Position numbers and translations under genes: made by a program
Part shown: piece after piece, positions 22,501 to 34,500 of the stretch
Layout of the letters: every line of letters starts with the position of its first letter
Numbering within the stretch: the stretch's first letter is position 1
Assembly (NCBI GenBank): GCA_964016885.1
Contig: OZ024749.1
Span: 20,212,001-20,276,000 of the forward strand
Length of the DNA: 64,000 bases
Source of the DNA: Eledone cirrhosa
Lineage: Eukaryota
Reading direction: 5' to 3'
The notes under the pieces: generated by a model
What the model saw: the letters and a program-made list of their open reading frames with translations, nothing else
Told to the model about the DNA's origin: nothing
The model's database searches: none

Positions 22501-25500
22501 AGACTGCTGAGGACCAGAGGTGTGTTTTAACTCCTCAGTAAAGGTGTCAGACTACTGAGGAACAGAGATGTGTTTTAACTGTTCAGTTAAGGTGACAGAC
22601 TGCTGAGGACCAGAGGTGTGTTTTAACTGCTCAGTTAAGGTGACAGACTACCGAGGAACAGAGGTGTGTTTTAACTGTTCAGTTAAGGTGACAGACTGCT
22701 GAGGACCAGAGGTGTGTTTTAACTGCTCAGTTAAGGTGACAGATTGCTGAGGACCAGAGGTGTGTTTTAACTCCTCAGTTAAGGTGACAGACTGCTGAAG
22801 ACCAGAGGTGTGTTTTAACTCCTCAGTAAAGGTGACAGATTGCTGAGGACCAGAGGTGTGTTTTAACTCCTCAGTAAAGGTGACAGACTACTGAGGACCA
22901 GAGGTGTGTTTTAACTCCTCAGTAAAGGTGACAGACTGCTGAGGACCAGAGGTGTGTTTTAACTGCTCAGTAAAGGTGACAGATTGCTGAGGACCAGAGG
23001 TGTGTTTTAACTCCTCAGTTAAGGTGACAGACTGCTGAGGACCAGAGGTGTGTTTTAACTCCTCAGTAAAGGTGACAGATTGCTGAGGACCAGAGGTGTG
23101 TTTTAACTCCTCAGTAAAGGTGACAGACTGCTGAGGACCAGAGGTGTGTTTTAACTGCTCAGTAAATGTGACAGATTGCTGAGGACCAGAGGTGTGTTTT
23201 AACTCCTCAGTAAATGTGACAGACTGCTGAGGACCAGAGGTGTCTTTTAACTGTTCAGTTAAGGTGACAGAATGCTGAGGACCAGAGGTGTGTTTTAACT
23301 CCTCAGTAAAGGTGACAGACTGCTGAGGACCAGAGATGTGTTTTAACTGCTCAGTAAAGGTGACAGACTGCTGAGGACCAGAGGTGTGTTTTAACTCCTC
23401 AGTTAAGGTGACAGACTACTGAGGACCAGAGGTGTGTTTTAACTCCTCAGTTAAGGTGACAGATTGCTGAGGACCAGAGGTGTGTTTTAACTCCTCAGTT
23501 AAGGTGACAGACTACTGAGGACCAGAGGTGTGTTTTAACTGCTCAGTAAAGGTGACAGACTGCTGAGGACCAGAGATGTGTTTTAACTGCTCAGTAAAGG
23601 TGACAGACTGCTGAGGACCAGAGATGTGTTTTAACTGCTCAGTAAAGGTGACAGACTGCTGAGGACCAGAGATGTGTTTTAACTGCTCAGTAAAGGTGAC
23701 AGACTGCTGAGGACCAGAGGTGTGTTTTAACTCCTCAGTAAAGGTGACAGACTGCTGAGGACCAGAGATGTGTTTTAACTGCTCAGTAAAGGTGACAGAC
23801 TGCTGAGGAACAGAGGTGTGTTTTAACGCCTCAGTTAAGGTGACAGATTGCTGTGGACCAGAGGTGTGTTTTAACTCCTCAGTTAAGGTGACAGATTGCT
23901 GAGGACCAGAGGTGTGTTTTAACTCCTCAGATAAGGTGAAAGATTGCTGAGGACCAGAGGTGTGTTTTAACTCCTCAGTTAAGGTGACAGATTGTTGAGG
24001 ACCAGAGGTGTGTTTTAACTCCTCAGTTAAGGTGACAGATTGCTGAGGACCAGAGGTGTGTTTTAACTGCTCAGTTAAGGTGACAGATTGCTGAGGACCA
24101 GAGGTGTGTTTTAACTCCTCAGTTAAGGTGACAGATTGCTGAGGACCAGAGGTGTGTTTTAACTGCTCAGTAAAGGTGACAGACTACTGAGGACCAGAGG
24201 TGTGTTTTAACTCCTCAGTTAAGGTGACAGATTGCTGAGGACCAGAGGTGTGTTTTAACTGCTCAGTAAAGGTGACAGACTACTGAGGACCAGAGGTGTG
24301 TTTTAACTCCTCAGTTAAGGTGACAGACTACTGAGGACCAGAGGTGTGTTTTAACTCCTCAGTTAAGGAGACAGATTGCTGAGGAACAGGGGTGTGTTTT
24401 AACTGCTCAGTTAAGGTGAGAGACTACTGAGGACCAGAGGTGTGTTTTAACTCCTCAGTAAAGGTGACAGACTGCTGAGGACCAGAGGTGTGTTTTAACT
24501 GTTCAGTTAATGTGACAGACTACTGAGGACCAGAGGTGTGTTTTAACTGTTCAGTTAAGGTGACAGACTACTGAGGAACAGTGGTGTGTTTTAACTGTTC
24601 AGTTAAGGTGACAGACTACTGAGGACCAGAGGTGTGTTTTAACTGCTCAGTTAAGGTGACAGACTACTGAGGAACAGAGGTGTGTTTTAACTGCTCAGTT
24701 AAGGTCACAGACTACTGAGGAACAGAGGTGTGTTTTAACTGCTCAGTTAAGGTGACAGACTACTGAGGAACAGAGGTGTGTTTTAACTGCTCAGTTAAGG
24801 TGACAGACTACTGAGGAACAGAGGTGTGTTTTAACTGCTCATTTAAGGTGACAGACTACTGAGGAACAGAGGTGTGTTTTAACTGTTCAGTGAAGGTGAC
24901 AGACTACTGAGGACCAGAGGTGTGTTTTAACTCCTCAGTGAAGGTGACAGACTACTGAGGACCAGAGGTGTGTTTTAACTGCTCAGTAAAGGTGACAGAC
25001 TACTGAGGACCAGAGGTGTGTTTTAACTGCTCAGTTAAGGTGACAGACTACTGAGGACCAGAGGTGTGTTTTAACTCCTCGGTAAAGGTGACAGACTGCT
25101 GAGGACCAGAGGTGTGTTTTAACTCCTCAGTAAAGATGACAGACTGCTGAGGACCAGAGGTGTGTTTTAACTCCTCAGTAAAGGTGACAGACTGCTGAGG
25201 ACCAGAGGTGTGTTTTAACTCCTCAGTTAAGGTGACAGACTACTGAGGACCAGAGGTGTGTTTTAACTCCTCAGTAAAGGTGACAGACTGCTGAGGACCA
25301 GAGGTGTTTTTTAACTCCTCAGTAAAGGTGACAGACTGCTGAGGACCAGAGGTGTGTTTTAACGCCTCAGTAAAGGTGACAGACTACTGAGGACCAGAGG
25401 TGTGTTTTAACTGCTCAGTTAAGGTGACAGACTGCTGAGGACCAGAGGTGTGTTTTAACTCCTCAGTAAAGGTGTCAGACTACCGAGGAACAGAGGTGTG

Positions 25501-28500
25501 TTTTAACTCCTCAGTAAAGGTGACAGACTACTGAGGACCAGAGGTGTGTTTTAAATGCTCAGTTAAGGTGACAGACTGCTGAGGACCAGAGGTGTGTTTT
25601 AACTCCTCAGTAAAGGTGTCAGACTACTGAGGAACAGAGATGTGTTTTAACTGTTCAGTTAAGGTGACAGACTGCTGAGGACCAGAGGTGTGTTTTAACT
25701 GCTCAGTTAAGGTGACAGACTACCGAGGAACAGAGGTGTGTTTTAACTGTTCAGTTAAGGTGACAGACTGCTGAGGACCAGAGGTGTGTTTTAACTGCTC
25801 AGTTAAGGTGACAGATTGCTGAGGACCAGAGGTGTGTTTTAACTCCTCAGTTAAGGTGACAGACTGCTGAAGACCAGAGGTGTGTTTTAACTCCTCAGTA
25901 AAGGTGACAGATTGCTGAGGACCAGAGGTGTGTTTTAACTCCTCAGTAAAGGTGACAGACTACTGAGGACCAGAGGTGTGTTTTAACTCCTCAGTAAAGG
26001 TGACAGACTGCTGAGGACCAGAGGTGTGTTTTAACTGCTCAGTAAAGGTGACAGATTGCTGAGGACCAGAGGTGTGTTTTAATTCCTCAGTTAAGGTGAC
26101 AGACTGCTGAGGACCAGAGGTGTGTTTTAACTCCTCAGTAAAGGTGACAGATTGCTGAGGACCAGAGGTGTGTTTTAACTCCTCAGTAAAGGTGACAGAC
26201 TGCTGAGGACCAGAGGTGTGTTTTAACTGCTCAGTAAATGTGACAGATTGCTGAGGACCAGAGGTGTGTTTTAACTCCTCAGTAAATGTGACAGACTGCT
26301 GAGGACCAGAGGTGTCTTTTAACTGTTCAGTTAAGGTGACAGAATGCTGAGGACCAGAGGTGTGTTTTAACTCCTCAGTAAAGGTGACAGACTGCTGAGG
26401 ACCAGAGATGTGTTTTAACTGCTCAGTAAAGGTGACAGACTGCTGAGGACCAGAGGTGTGTTTTAACTCCTCAGTTAAGGTGACAGACTACTGAGGACCA
26501 GAGGTGTGTTTTAACTCCTCAGTTAAGGTGACAGATTGCTGAGGACCAGAGGTGTGTTTTAACTCCTCAGTTAAGGTGACAGACTACTGAGGACCAGAGG
26601 TGTGTTTTAACTGCTCAGTAAAGGTGACAGACTGCTGAGGACCAGAGATGTGTTTTAACTGCTCAGTAAAGGTGACAGACTGCTGAGGACCAGAGATGTG
26701 TTTTAACTGCTCAGTAAAGGTGACAGACTGCTGAGGACCAGAGATGTGTTTTAACTGCTCAGTAAAGGTGACAGACTGCTGAGGACCAGAGGTGTGTTTT
26801 AACTCCTCAGTAAAGGTGACAGACTGCTGAGGACCAGAGATGTGTTTTAACTGCTCAGTAAAGGTGACAGACTGCTGAGGAACAGAGGTGTGTTTTAACG
26901 CCTCAGTTAAGGTGACAGATTGCTGTGGACCAGAGGTGTGTTTTAACTCCTCAGTTAAGGTGACAGATTGCTGAGGACCAGAGGTGTGTTTTAACTCCTC
27001 AGATAAGGTGAAAGATTGCTGAGGACCAGAGGTGTGTTTTAACTCCTCAGTTAAGGTGACAGATTGCTGAGGACCAGAGGTGTGTTTTAACTCCTCAGTT
27101 AAGGTGACAGATTGCTGAGGACCAGAGGTGTGTTTTAACTGCTCAGTTAAGGTGACAGATTGCTGAGGACCAGAGGTGTGTTTTAACTCCTCAGTTAAGG
27201 TGACAGATTGCTGAGGACCAGAGGTGTGTTTTAACTGCTCAGTAAAGGTGACAGACTACTGAGGACCAGAGGTGTGTTTTAAATCCTCAGTTAAGGTGAC
27301 AGATTGCTGAGGACCAGAGGTGTGTTTTAACTGCTCAGTAAAGGTGACAGACTACTGAGGACCAGAGGTGTGTTTTAACTCCTCAGTTAAGGTGACAGAC
27401 TACTGAGGACCAGAGGTGTGTTTTAACTCCTCAGTTAAGGAGACAGATTGCTGAGGAACAGGGGTGTGTTTTAACTGCTCAGTTAAGGTGAGAGACTACT
27501 GAGGACCAGAGGTGTGTTTTAACTCCTCAGTAAAGGTGACAGACTGCTGAGGACCAGAGGTGTGTTTTAACTGTTCAGTTAATGTGACAGACTACTGAGG
27601 ACCAGAGGTGTGTTTTAACTGTTCAGTTAAGGTGACAGACTACTGAGGAACAGAGGTGTGTTTTAACTGTTCAGTTAAGGTGACAGACTACTGAGGACCA
27701 GAGGTGTGTTTTAACTGCTCAGTTAAGGTGACAGACTACTGAGGAACAGAGGTGTGTTTTAACTGCTCAGTTAAGGTCACAGACTACTGAGGAACAGAGG
27801 TGTGTTTTAACTGCTCAGTTAAGGTGACAGACTACTGAGGAACAGAGGTGTGTTTTAACTGCTCAGTTAAGGTGACAGACTACTGAGGAACAGAGGTGTG
27901 TTTTAACTGCTCATTTAAGGTGACAGACTACTGAGGAACAGAGGTGTGTTTTAACTGTTCAGTGAAGGTGACAGACTACTGAGGACCAGAGGTGTGTTTT
28001 AACTCCTCAGTGAAGGTGACAGACTACTGAGGACCAGAGGTGTGTTTTAACTGCTCAGTAAAGGTGACAGACTACTGAGGACCAGAGGTGTGTTTTAACT
28101 GCTCAGTTAAGGTGACAGACTACTGAGGACCAGAGGTGTGTTTTAACTCCTCAGTAAAGGTGACAGACTGCTGAGGACCAGAGGTGTGTTTTAACTCCTC
28201 AGTAAAGATGACAGACTGCTGAGGACCAGAGGTGTGTTTTAACTCCTCAGTAAAGGTGACAGACTGCTGAGGACCAGAGGTGTGTTTTAACTCCTCAGTT
28301 AAGGTGACAGACTACTGAGGACCAGAGGTGTGTTTTAACTCCTCAGTAAAGGTGACGGACTGCTGAGGACCAGAGGTGTTTTTTAACTCCTCAGTAAAGG
28401 TGACAGACTGCTGAGGACCAGAGGTGTGTTTTAACGCCTCAGTAAAGGTGACAGACTGCTGAGGACCAGAGGTGTGTTTTAACTCCTCAGTAAAGGTGAC

Positions 28501-31500
28501 AGACTGCTGAGGACCAGAGGTGTGTTTTAACTCCTCAGTTAAGGTGACAGACTGCTGAGGACCAGAGGTGTGTTTTAACTCCTCAGTTAAGGTGACAGAC
28601 TGCTGAGGACCAGAGGTGTGTTTTAACTCCTCAGTAAAGGTGACAGACTACTGAGGACCAGAGGTGTGTTTTAACTCCTCAGTAAAGGTGACAGACTACT
28701 GAGAACCAGAGGTGTGTTTTAACTCCTCAGTAAAGGTGACAGATTGCTGAGGACCAGAGGTGTCTTTTAACTGCTCAGTGAAGGTGACAGACTACTGAGG
28801 ACCAGAGGTGTGTTTTAACTGCTCAGTTAAGGTGACAGACTACTGAGGAACAGAGGTGTGTTTTAACTGCTCAGTTAAGGTGACAGACTACTGAGGAACA
28901 GAGGTGTGTTTTAACTGCTCAGTTAAGGTGACAGACTACTGAGGAACAGAGGTGTGTTTTAACTCCTCAGTAAAGGTGACAGATTGCTGAGGACCAGAGG
29001 TGTGTTTTAACTGCTCAGTGAAGGTGACAGAATGCTGAGGACCAGAGGTGTGTTTTAACGCCTCAGTTAAGGTGTCAGACTACTGAGGACCAGAGGTGTG
29101 TTTTAACTGTTCAGTTAAGGTGACAGACTGCTGAGGAACAGAGGTGTGTTTTAACTGATCAGTTAAGGTGACAGATTGCTGAGGACCAGAGGTGTGTTTT
29201 AACTGTTCAGTTAAGGTGACAGATTGCTGAGGACCAGAGGTGTGTTTTAACTGTTCAGTTAAGGTGACAGACTGCTGAGGAACAGAGGTGTGTTTTAACT
29301 GCTCAGTAAAGGTGACAGACTACTGAGGAACAGAGGTGTGTTTTAACTCCTCAGTAAAGGTGACAGACTACTGAGGACCAGAGGTGTGTTTTAACTGTTC
29401 AGTTAAGGTGACAGAATACTGAGGACCAGAGGTGTGTTTTAACTCCTCAGTTAAGGTGACAGACTACTGAGGACCAGAGGTGTGTTTTAACTCCTCAGTT
29501 AAGGTGTCAGACTACCGAGGAACAGAGGTGTGTTTTAACTCCTCAGTAAAGGTGACAGACTACTGAGGACCAGAGGTGTGTTTTAACTGCTCAGTTAAGG
29601 TGACAGACTACTGAGGACCAGAGGTGTGTTTTAACTCCTCAGTTAAGGTGACAGACTACTGAGGACCAGAGGTGTGTTTTAACTGCTCAGTTAAGGTGTC
29701 AGACTACCGAGGAACAGAGGTGTGTTTTAACTCCTCAGTAAAGGTGACAGACTACTGAGGACCAGAGGTGTGTTTTAACTGCTCAGTTAAGGTGACAGAC
29801 TACTGAGGAACAGAGGTGTGTTTTAACTGCTCAGTTAAGGTGTCAGACTACCGAGGACCAGAGGTGTGTTTTAACTCCTCAGTAAAGGTGACAGACTACT
29901 GAGGACCAGAGGTGTGTTTTAACTGCTCAGTTAAGGTGACAGACTGCTGAGGACCAGAGGTGTGTTTTAACTCCTCAGTAAATGTGTCAGACTACCGAGG
30001 AACAGAGGTGTGTTTTAACTCCTCAGTAAAGTTGACAGACTACTGAGGACCAGAGGTGTGTTTTAAATGCTCAGTTAAGGTGACAGACTGCTGAGGACCA
30101 GAGGTGTATTTTAACTCCTCAGTAAAGGTGTCAGACTACTGAGGAACAGAGGTGTGTTTTAACTGTTCAGTTAAGGTGACAGACTGCTGAGGACCAGAGG
30201 TGTGTTTTAACTGCTCAGTTAAGGCGACAGACTACCGAGGAACAGAGGTGTGTTTTAACTGTTCAGTTAAGGTGACAGACTGCTGAGGACCAGAGGTGTG
30301 TTTTAACTCCTCAGTTAAGGTGACAGATTGCTGAGGACCAGAGGTGTGTTTTAACTCCTCAGTTAAGGTGACAGACTGCTGAAGACCAGAGGTGTGTTTT
30401 AACTCCTCAGTAAAGGTGACAGACTGCTGAGGACCAGAGGTGTGTTTTAACTCCTCAATAAAGGTGACAGACTACTGAGGACCAGAGGTGTGTTTTAACT
30501 CCTCAGTAAAGGTGACAGACTGCTGAGGACCAGAGGTGTGTTTTAACTGCTCAGTAAAGGTGACAGATTGCTGAGGACCAGAGGTGTGTTTTAACTGTTC
30601 AGATAAGGTGACAGAATGCTGAGGACCAGAGGTGTGTTTTAACTCCTCAGTAAAGGTGACAGACTGCTGAGGACCAGAGGTGTGTTTTAACTCCTCAGTA
30701 AAGGTGACAGACTGCTGAGGACCAGAGGTGTGTTTTAACTGTTCAGTTAAGGTGACAGAATGCTGAGGACCAGAGGTGTGTTTTAACTCCTCAGTAAAGG
30801 TGACAGATTGCTGAGGACCAGAGGTGTGTTTTAACTCCTCAGTAAAGGTGACAGACTGCTGAGGACCAGAGGTGTGTTTTAACTGTTCAGTTAAGGTGAC
30901 AGAATGCTGAGGACCAGAGGTGTGTTTTAACTCCTCAGTAAAGGTGACAGATTGCTGAGGACCAGAGGTGTGTTTTAACTCCTCAGTAAAGGTGACAGAC
31001 TGCTGAGGACCAGAGGTGTGTTTTAACTGTTCAGTTAAGGTGACAGTATGCTGAGGACCAGAGGTGTGTTTTAACTCCTCAGAAAAGGTGACAGACTGCT
31101 GAGGACCAGAGGTGTGTTTTAACTCCTCAGTAAAGGTGACAGACTGCTGAGAACCAGAGGTGTGTTTTAACTGTTCAGTTAAGGTGACAGAATGCTGAGG
31201 ACCAGAGGTGTGTTTTAACTCCTCAGTAAAGGTGACAGACTGTTGAGGACCAGAGGTGTGTTTTAACTGTTCAGTTAAGGTGACAGAATGCTGAGGACCA
31301 GAGGTGTGTTTTAACTCCTCAGTAAAGGTGACAGACTGCTGAGGACCAGAGGTGTGTTTTAACTGTTCAGTTAAGGTGACAGAATGCTGAGGACCAGAGG
31401 TGTGTTTTAACTCCTCAGTAAAGGTGACAGACTGCTGAGGACCAGAGGTGTGTTTTAACTCCTCAGTAAAGGTGACAGACTGCTGAGGACCAGAGGTGTG

Positions 31501-34500
31501 TTTTAACTGTTCAGTTAAGGTGACAGAATGCTGAGGACCAGAGGTGTGTTTTAACTCCTCAGTAAAGGTGACAGACTGCTGAAGACCAGAGGTGTGTTTT
31601 AACTGTTCAGTTAATGTGACAGAATGCTGAAGACCAGAGGTGTGTTTTAACTCCTCAGTAAAGGTGACAGACTGCTGAGGACCAGAGGTGTGTTTTAACT
31701 CCACAGTAAAGGTGACAGACTGCTGAGGACCAGAGGTGTGTTTTAACTGTTCAGTTAAGGTGACAGAATGCTGAGGACCAGAGGTGTGTTTTAACTCCTC
31801 AGTGAAGGTGACAGAATGCTGAGGACCAGAGGTGTGTTTTAACTGCTCAGTTAAGGTGACTGAATGCTGAGGACCAGAGGTGTGTTTTAACTGTTCAGTT
31901 AAGGTGACAGAATGCTGAGGACCAGAGGTGTGTTTTAACTCCTCAGTGAAGGTGACAGAATGCTGAGGACCAGAGGTGTGTTTTAACTGCTCAGTTAAGA
32001 TGACTGAATGCTGAGGACCAGAGGTGTGTTTTAACTCCTCAGTAAAGGTGACAGACTGCTGAGGACCAGAGGTGTGTTCTAACTGTTCAGTTAAGGTGAC
32101 AGAATGCTGAGGACCAGAGGTGTGTTTTAACTCCTCAGTAAAGGTGACAGACTGCTGAGGACCAGAGGTGTGTTTTAACTCCTCAGTTAAGGTGACAGAA
32201 TGCTGAGGACCAAAGGTGTGTTTTAACTGGTCAGTTAAGGTGACAGATTGCTGAGGAACAGAGGTGTGTTTTAACTCCTCAGTTAAGGTGACAGACTACT
32301 GAGGACCAGAGGTGTGTTTTAACTCCTCAGTAAAGGTGACAGACTGCTGAGGAACAGGGGTGTGTTTTAACTGTTCAGTTAAGGTGACAGATTGCTGAGG
32401 ACCAGAGGTGTGTTTTAACTCCTCAGTTAAGGTGACAGACTGCTGAGGACCAGAGGTGTGTTTTAACTCCTCAGTTAAGGTGACAGATTGCTGAGGAACA
32501 GAGGTGTGTTTTAACTCCTCAGTTAAGGTGACAGACTGCTGAGGAACAGGGGTGTGTTTCAACTGTTCAGTTAAGGTGACAGATTGCTGAGGACCAGAGG
32601 TGTGTTTTAACTCCTCAGTGAAGGTGTCAGACTACTGAGGACCAGAGGTGTGTTTTAACTGTTCAGTTAAGGTGACAGAATGCTGAGGACCAGAGGTGTG
32701 TTTTAACTGTTCAGTTAAGGTGTCAGACTACTGAGGACCAGAGGTGTGTTTTAACTGTTCAGTTAAGGTGTCAGACTACTGAGGACCAGAGGTGTGTTTT
32801 AACTGCTCAGTTAAGGTGACAGATTGCTGAGGACCAGAGGTGTGTTTTAACTCCTCAGTTAAGGTGACAGACTACTGAGGACCAAAGGTGTGTTTTAACT
32901 CCTCAGTTAAGGTGTCAGACTACTGAGGAACAGGGGTCTGTTTTAACTGTTCAGTTAAGGTGACAGATTGCTGAGGACCAGAGGTGTGTTTTAACTGCTC
33001 AGTTAAGGTGTCAGACTACTGAGGACCAGAGGTGTGTTTTAACTGCTCAGTTAAGGTGTCAGACTACTGAGGACCAGAGGTGTGTTTTAACTGCTCAGTT
33101 AAGGTGTCAGACTACTGAGGACCAGAGGTGTGTTTTAACTCCTCAGTTAAGGTGTCAGACTACTGAGGACCAGAGGTGTGTTTTAACTCCTCAGTGAAGG
33201 TGACAGACTACTGAGGAACAGAGGTGTGTTTTAACTGCTCAGTAAAGGTGATAGACTGCTGAGGACCAGAGATGTGTTTTAACTGCTCAGTAAAGGTGAC
33301 AGACTGCTGAGGACCAGAGATGTGTTTCAACTGCTCAGTAAAGGTGACAGACTGCTGAGGACCAGAGGTGTGTTTTAACTGCTCAGTAAAGGTGACAGAC
33401 TGCTGAGGACCAGAGGTGTGTTTTAACTGTTCAGTTAAGGTGACAGAATGCTGAGGACCAGAGGTGTGTTTTAACTCCTCAGTAAAGGTGACAGACTGCT
33501 GAGGACCAGAGATGTGTTTTAACTGCTCAGTAAAGGTGACAGACTGCTGAGGACCAGAGGTGTGTTTTAACTCCTCAGTTAAGGTGACAGACTACTGAGG
33601 ACCAGAGGTGTGTTTTAACTGCTCAGTAAAGGTGACAGACTGCTGAGGACCAGAGATGTGTTTTAACTGCTCAGTAAAGGTGACAGACTACTGAGGACCA
33701 GAGATGTGTTTTAACTGCTCAGTAAAGGTGACAGACTGCTGAGGACCAGAGGTGTGTTTTAACTCCTCAGTAAAGGTGACAGACTGCTGAGGACCAGAGA
33801 TGTGTTTTAACTGCTCAGTAAAGGTGACAGACTGCTGAGGACCAGAGGTGTGTTTTAACTCCTCAGTTAAGGTGACAGATTGCTGAGGACCAGAGGTGTG
33901 TTTTAACTCCTCAGTTAAGGTGACAGACTACTGAGGACCAGAGGTGTGTTTTAACTGCTCAGTAAAGGTGACAGACTGCTGAGGACCAGAGATGTGTTTT
34001 AACTGCTCAGTAAAGGTGACAGACTGCTGAGGACCAGAGATGTGTTTTAACTGCTCAGTAAAGGTGACAGACTGCTGAGGACCAGAGGTATGTTTTAACT
34101 CCTCAGTAAAGGTGACAGACTGCTGAGGACCAGAGGTGTGTTTTAACTGTTCAGTTAAGGTGACAGAATGCTGAAGACCAGAGGTGTGTTTTAACTCCTC
34201 AGTAAAGGTGACAGACTGCTGAGGACCAGAGGTGTGTTTTAACTCCTCAGTAAAGGTGACAGACTGCTGAGGACCAGAGGTGTGTTTTAACTGTTCAGTT
34301 AAGGTGACAGAATGCTGAGGACCAGAGGTGTGTTTTAACTCCTCAGTGAAGGTGACAGAATGCTGAGGACCAGAGGTGTGTTTTAACTGCTCAGTTAAGG
34401 TGACTGAATGCTGAGGACCAGAGGTGTGTTTTAACTGTTCAGTTAAGGTGACAGAATGCTGAGGACCAGAGGTGTGTTTTAACTCCTCAGTGAAGGTGAC

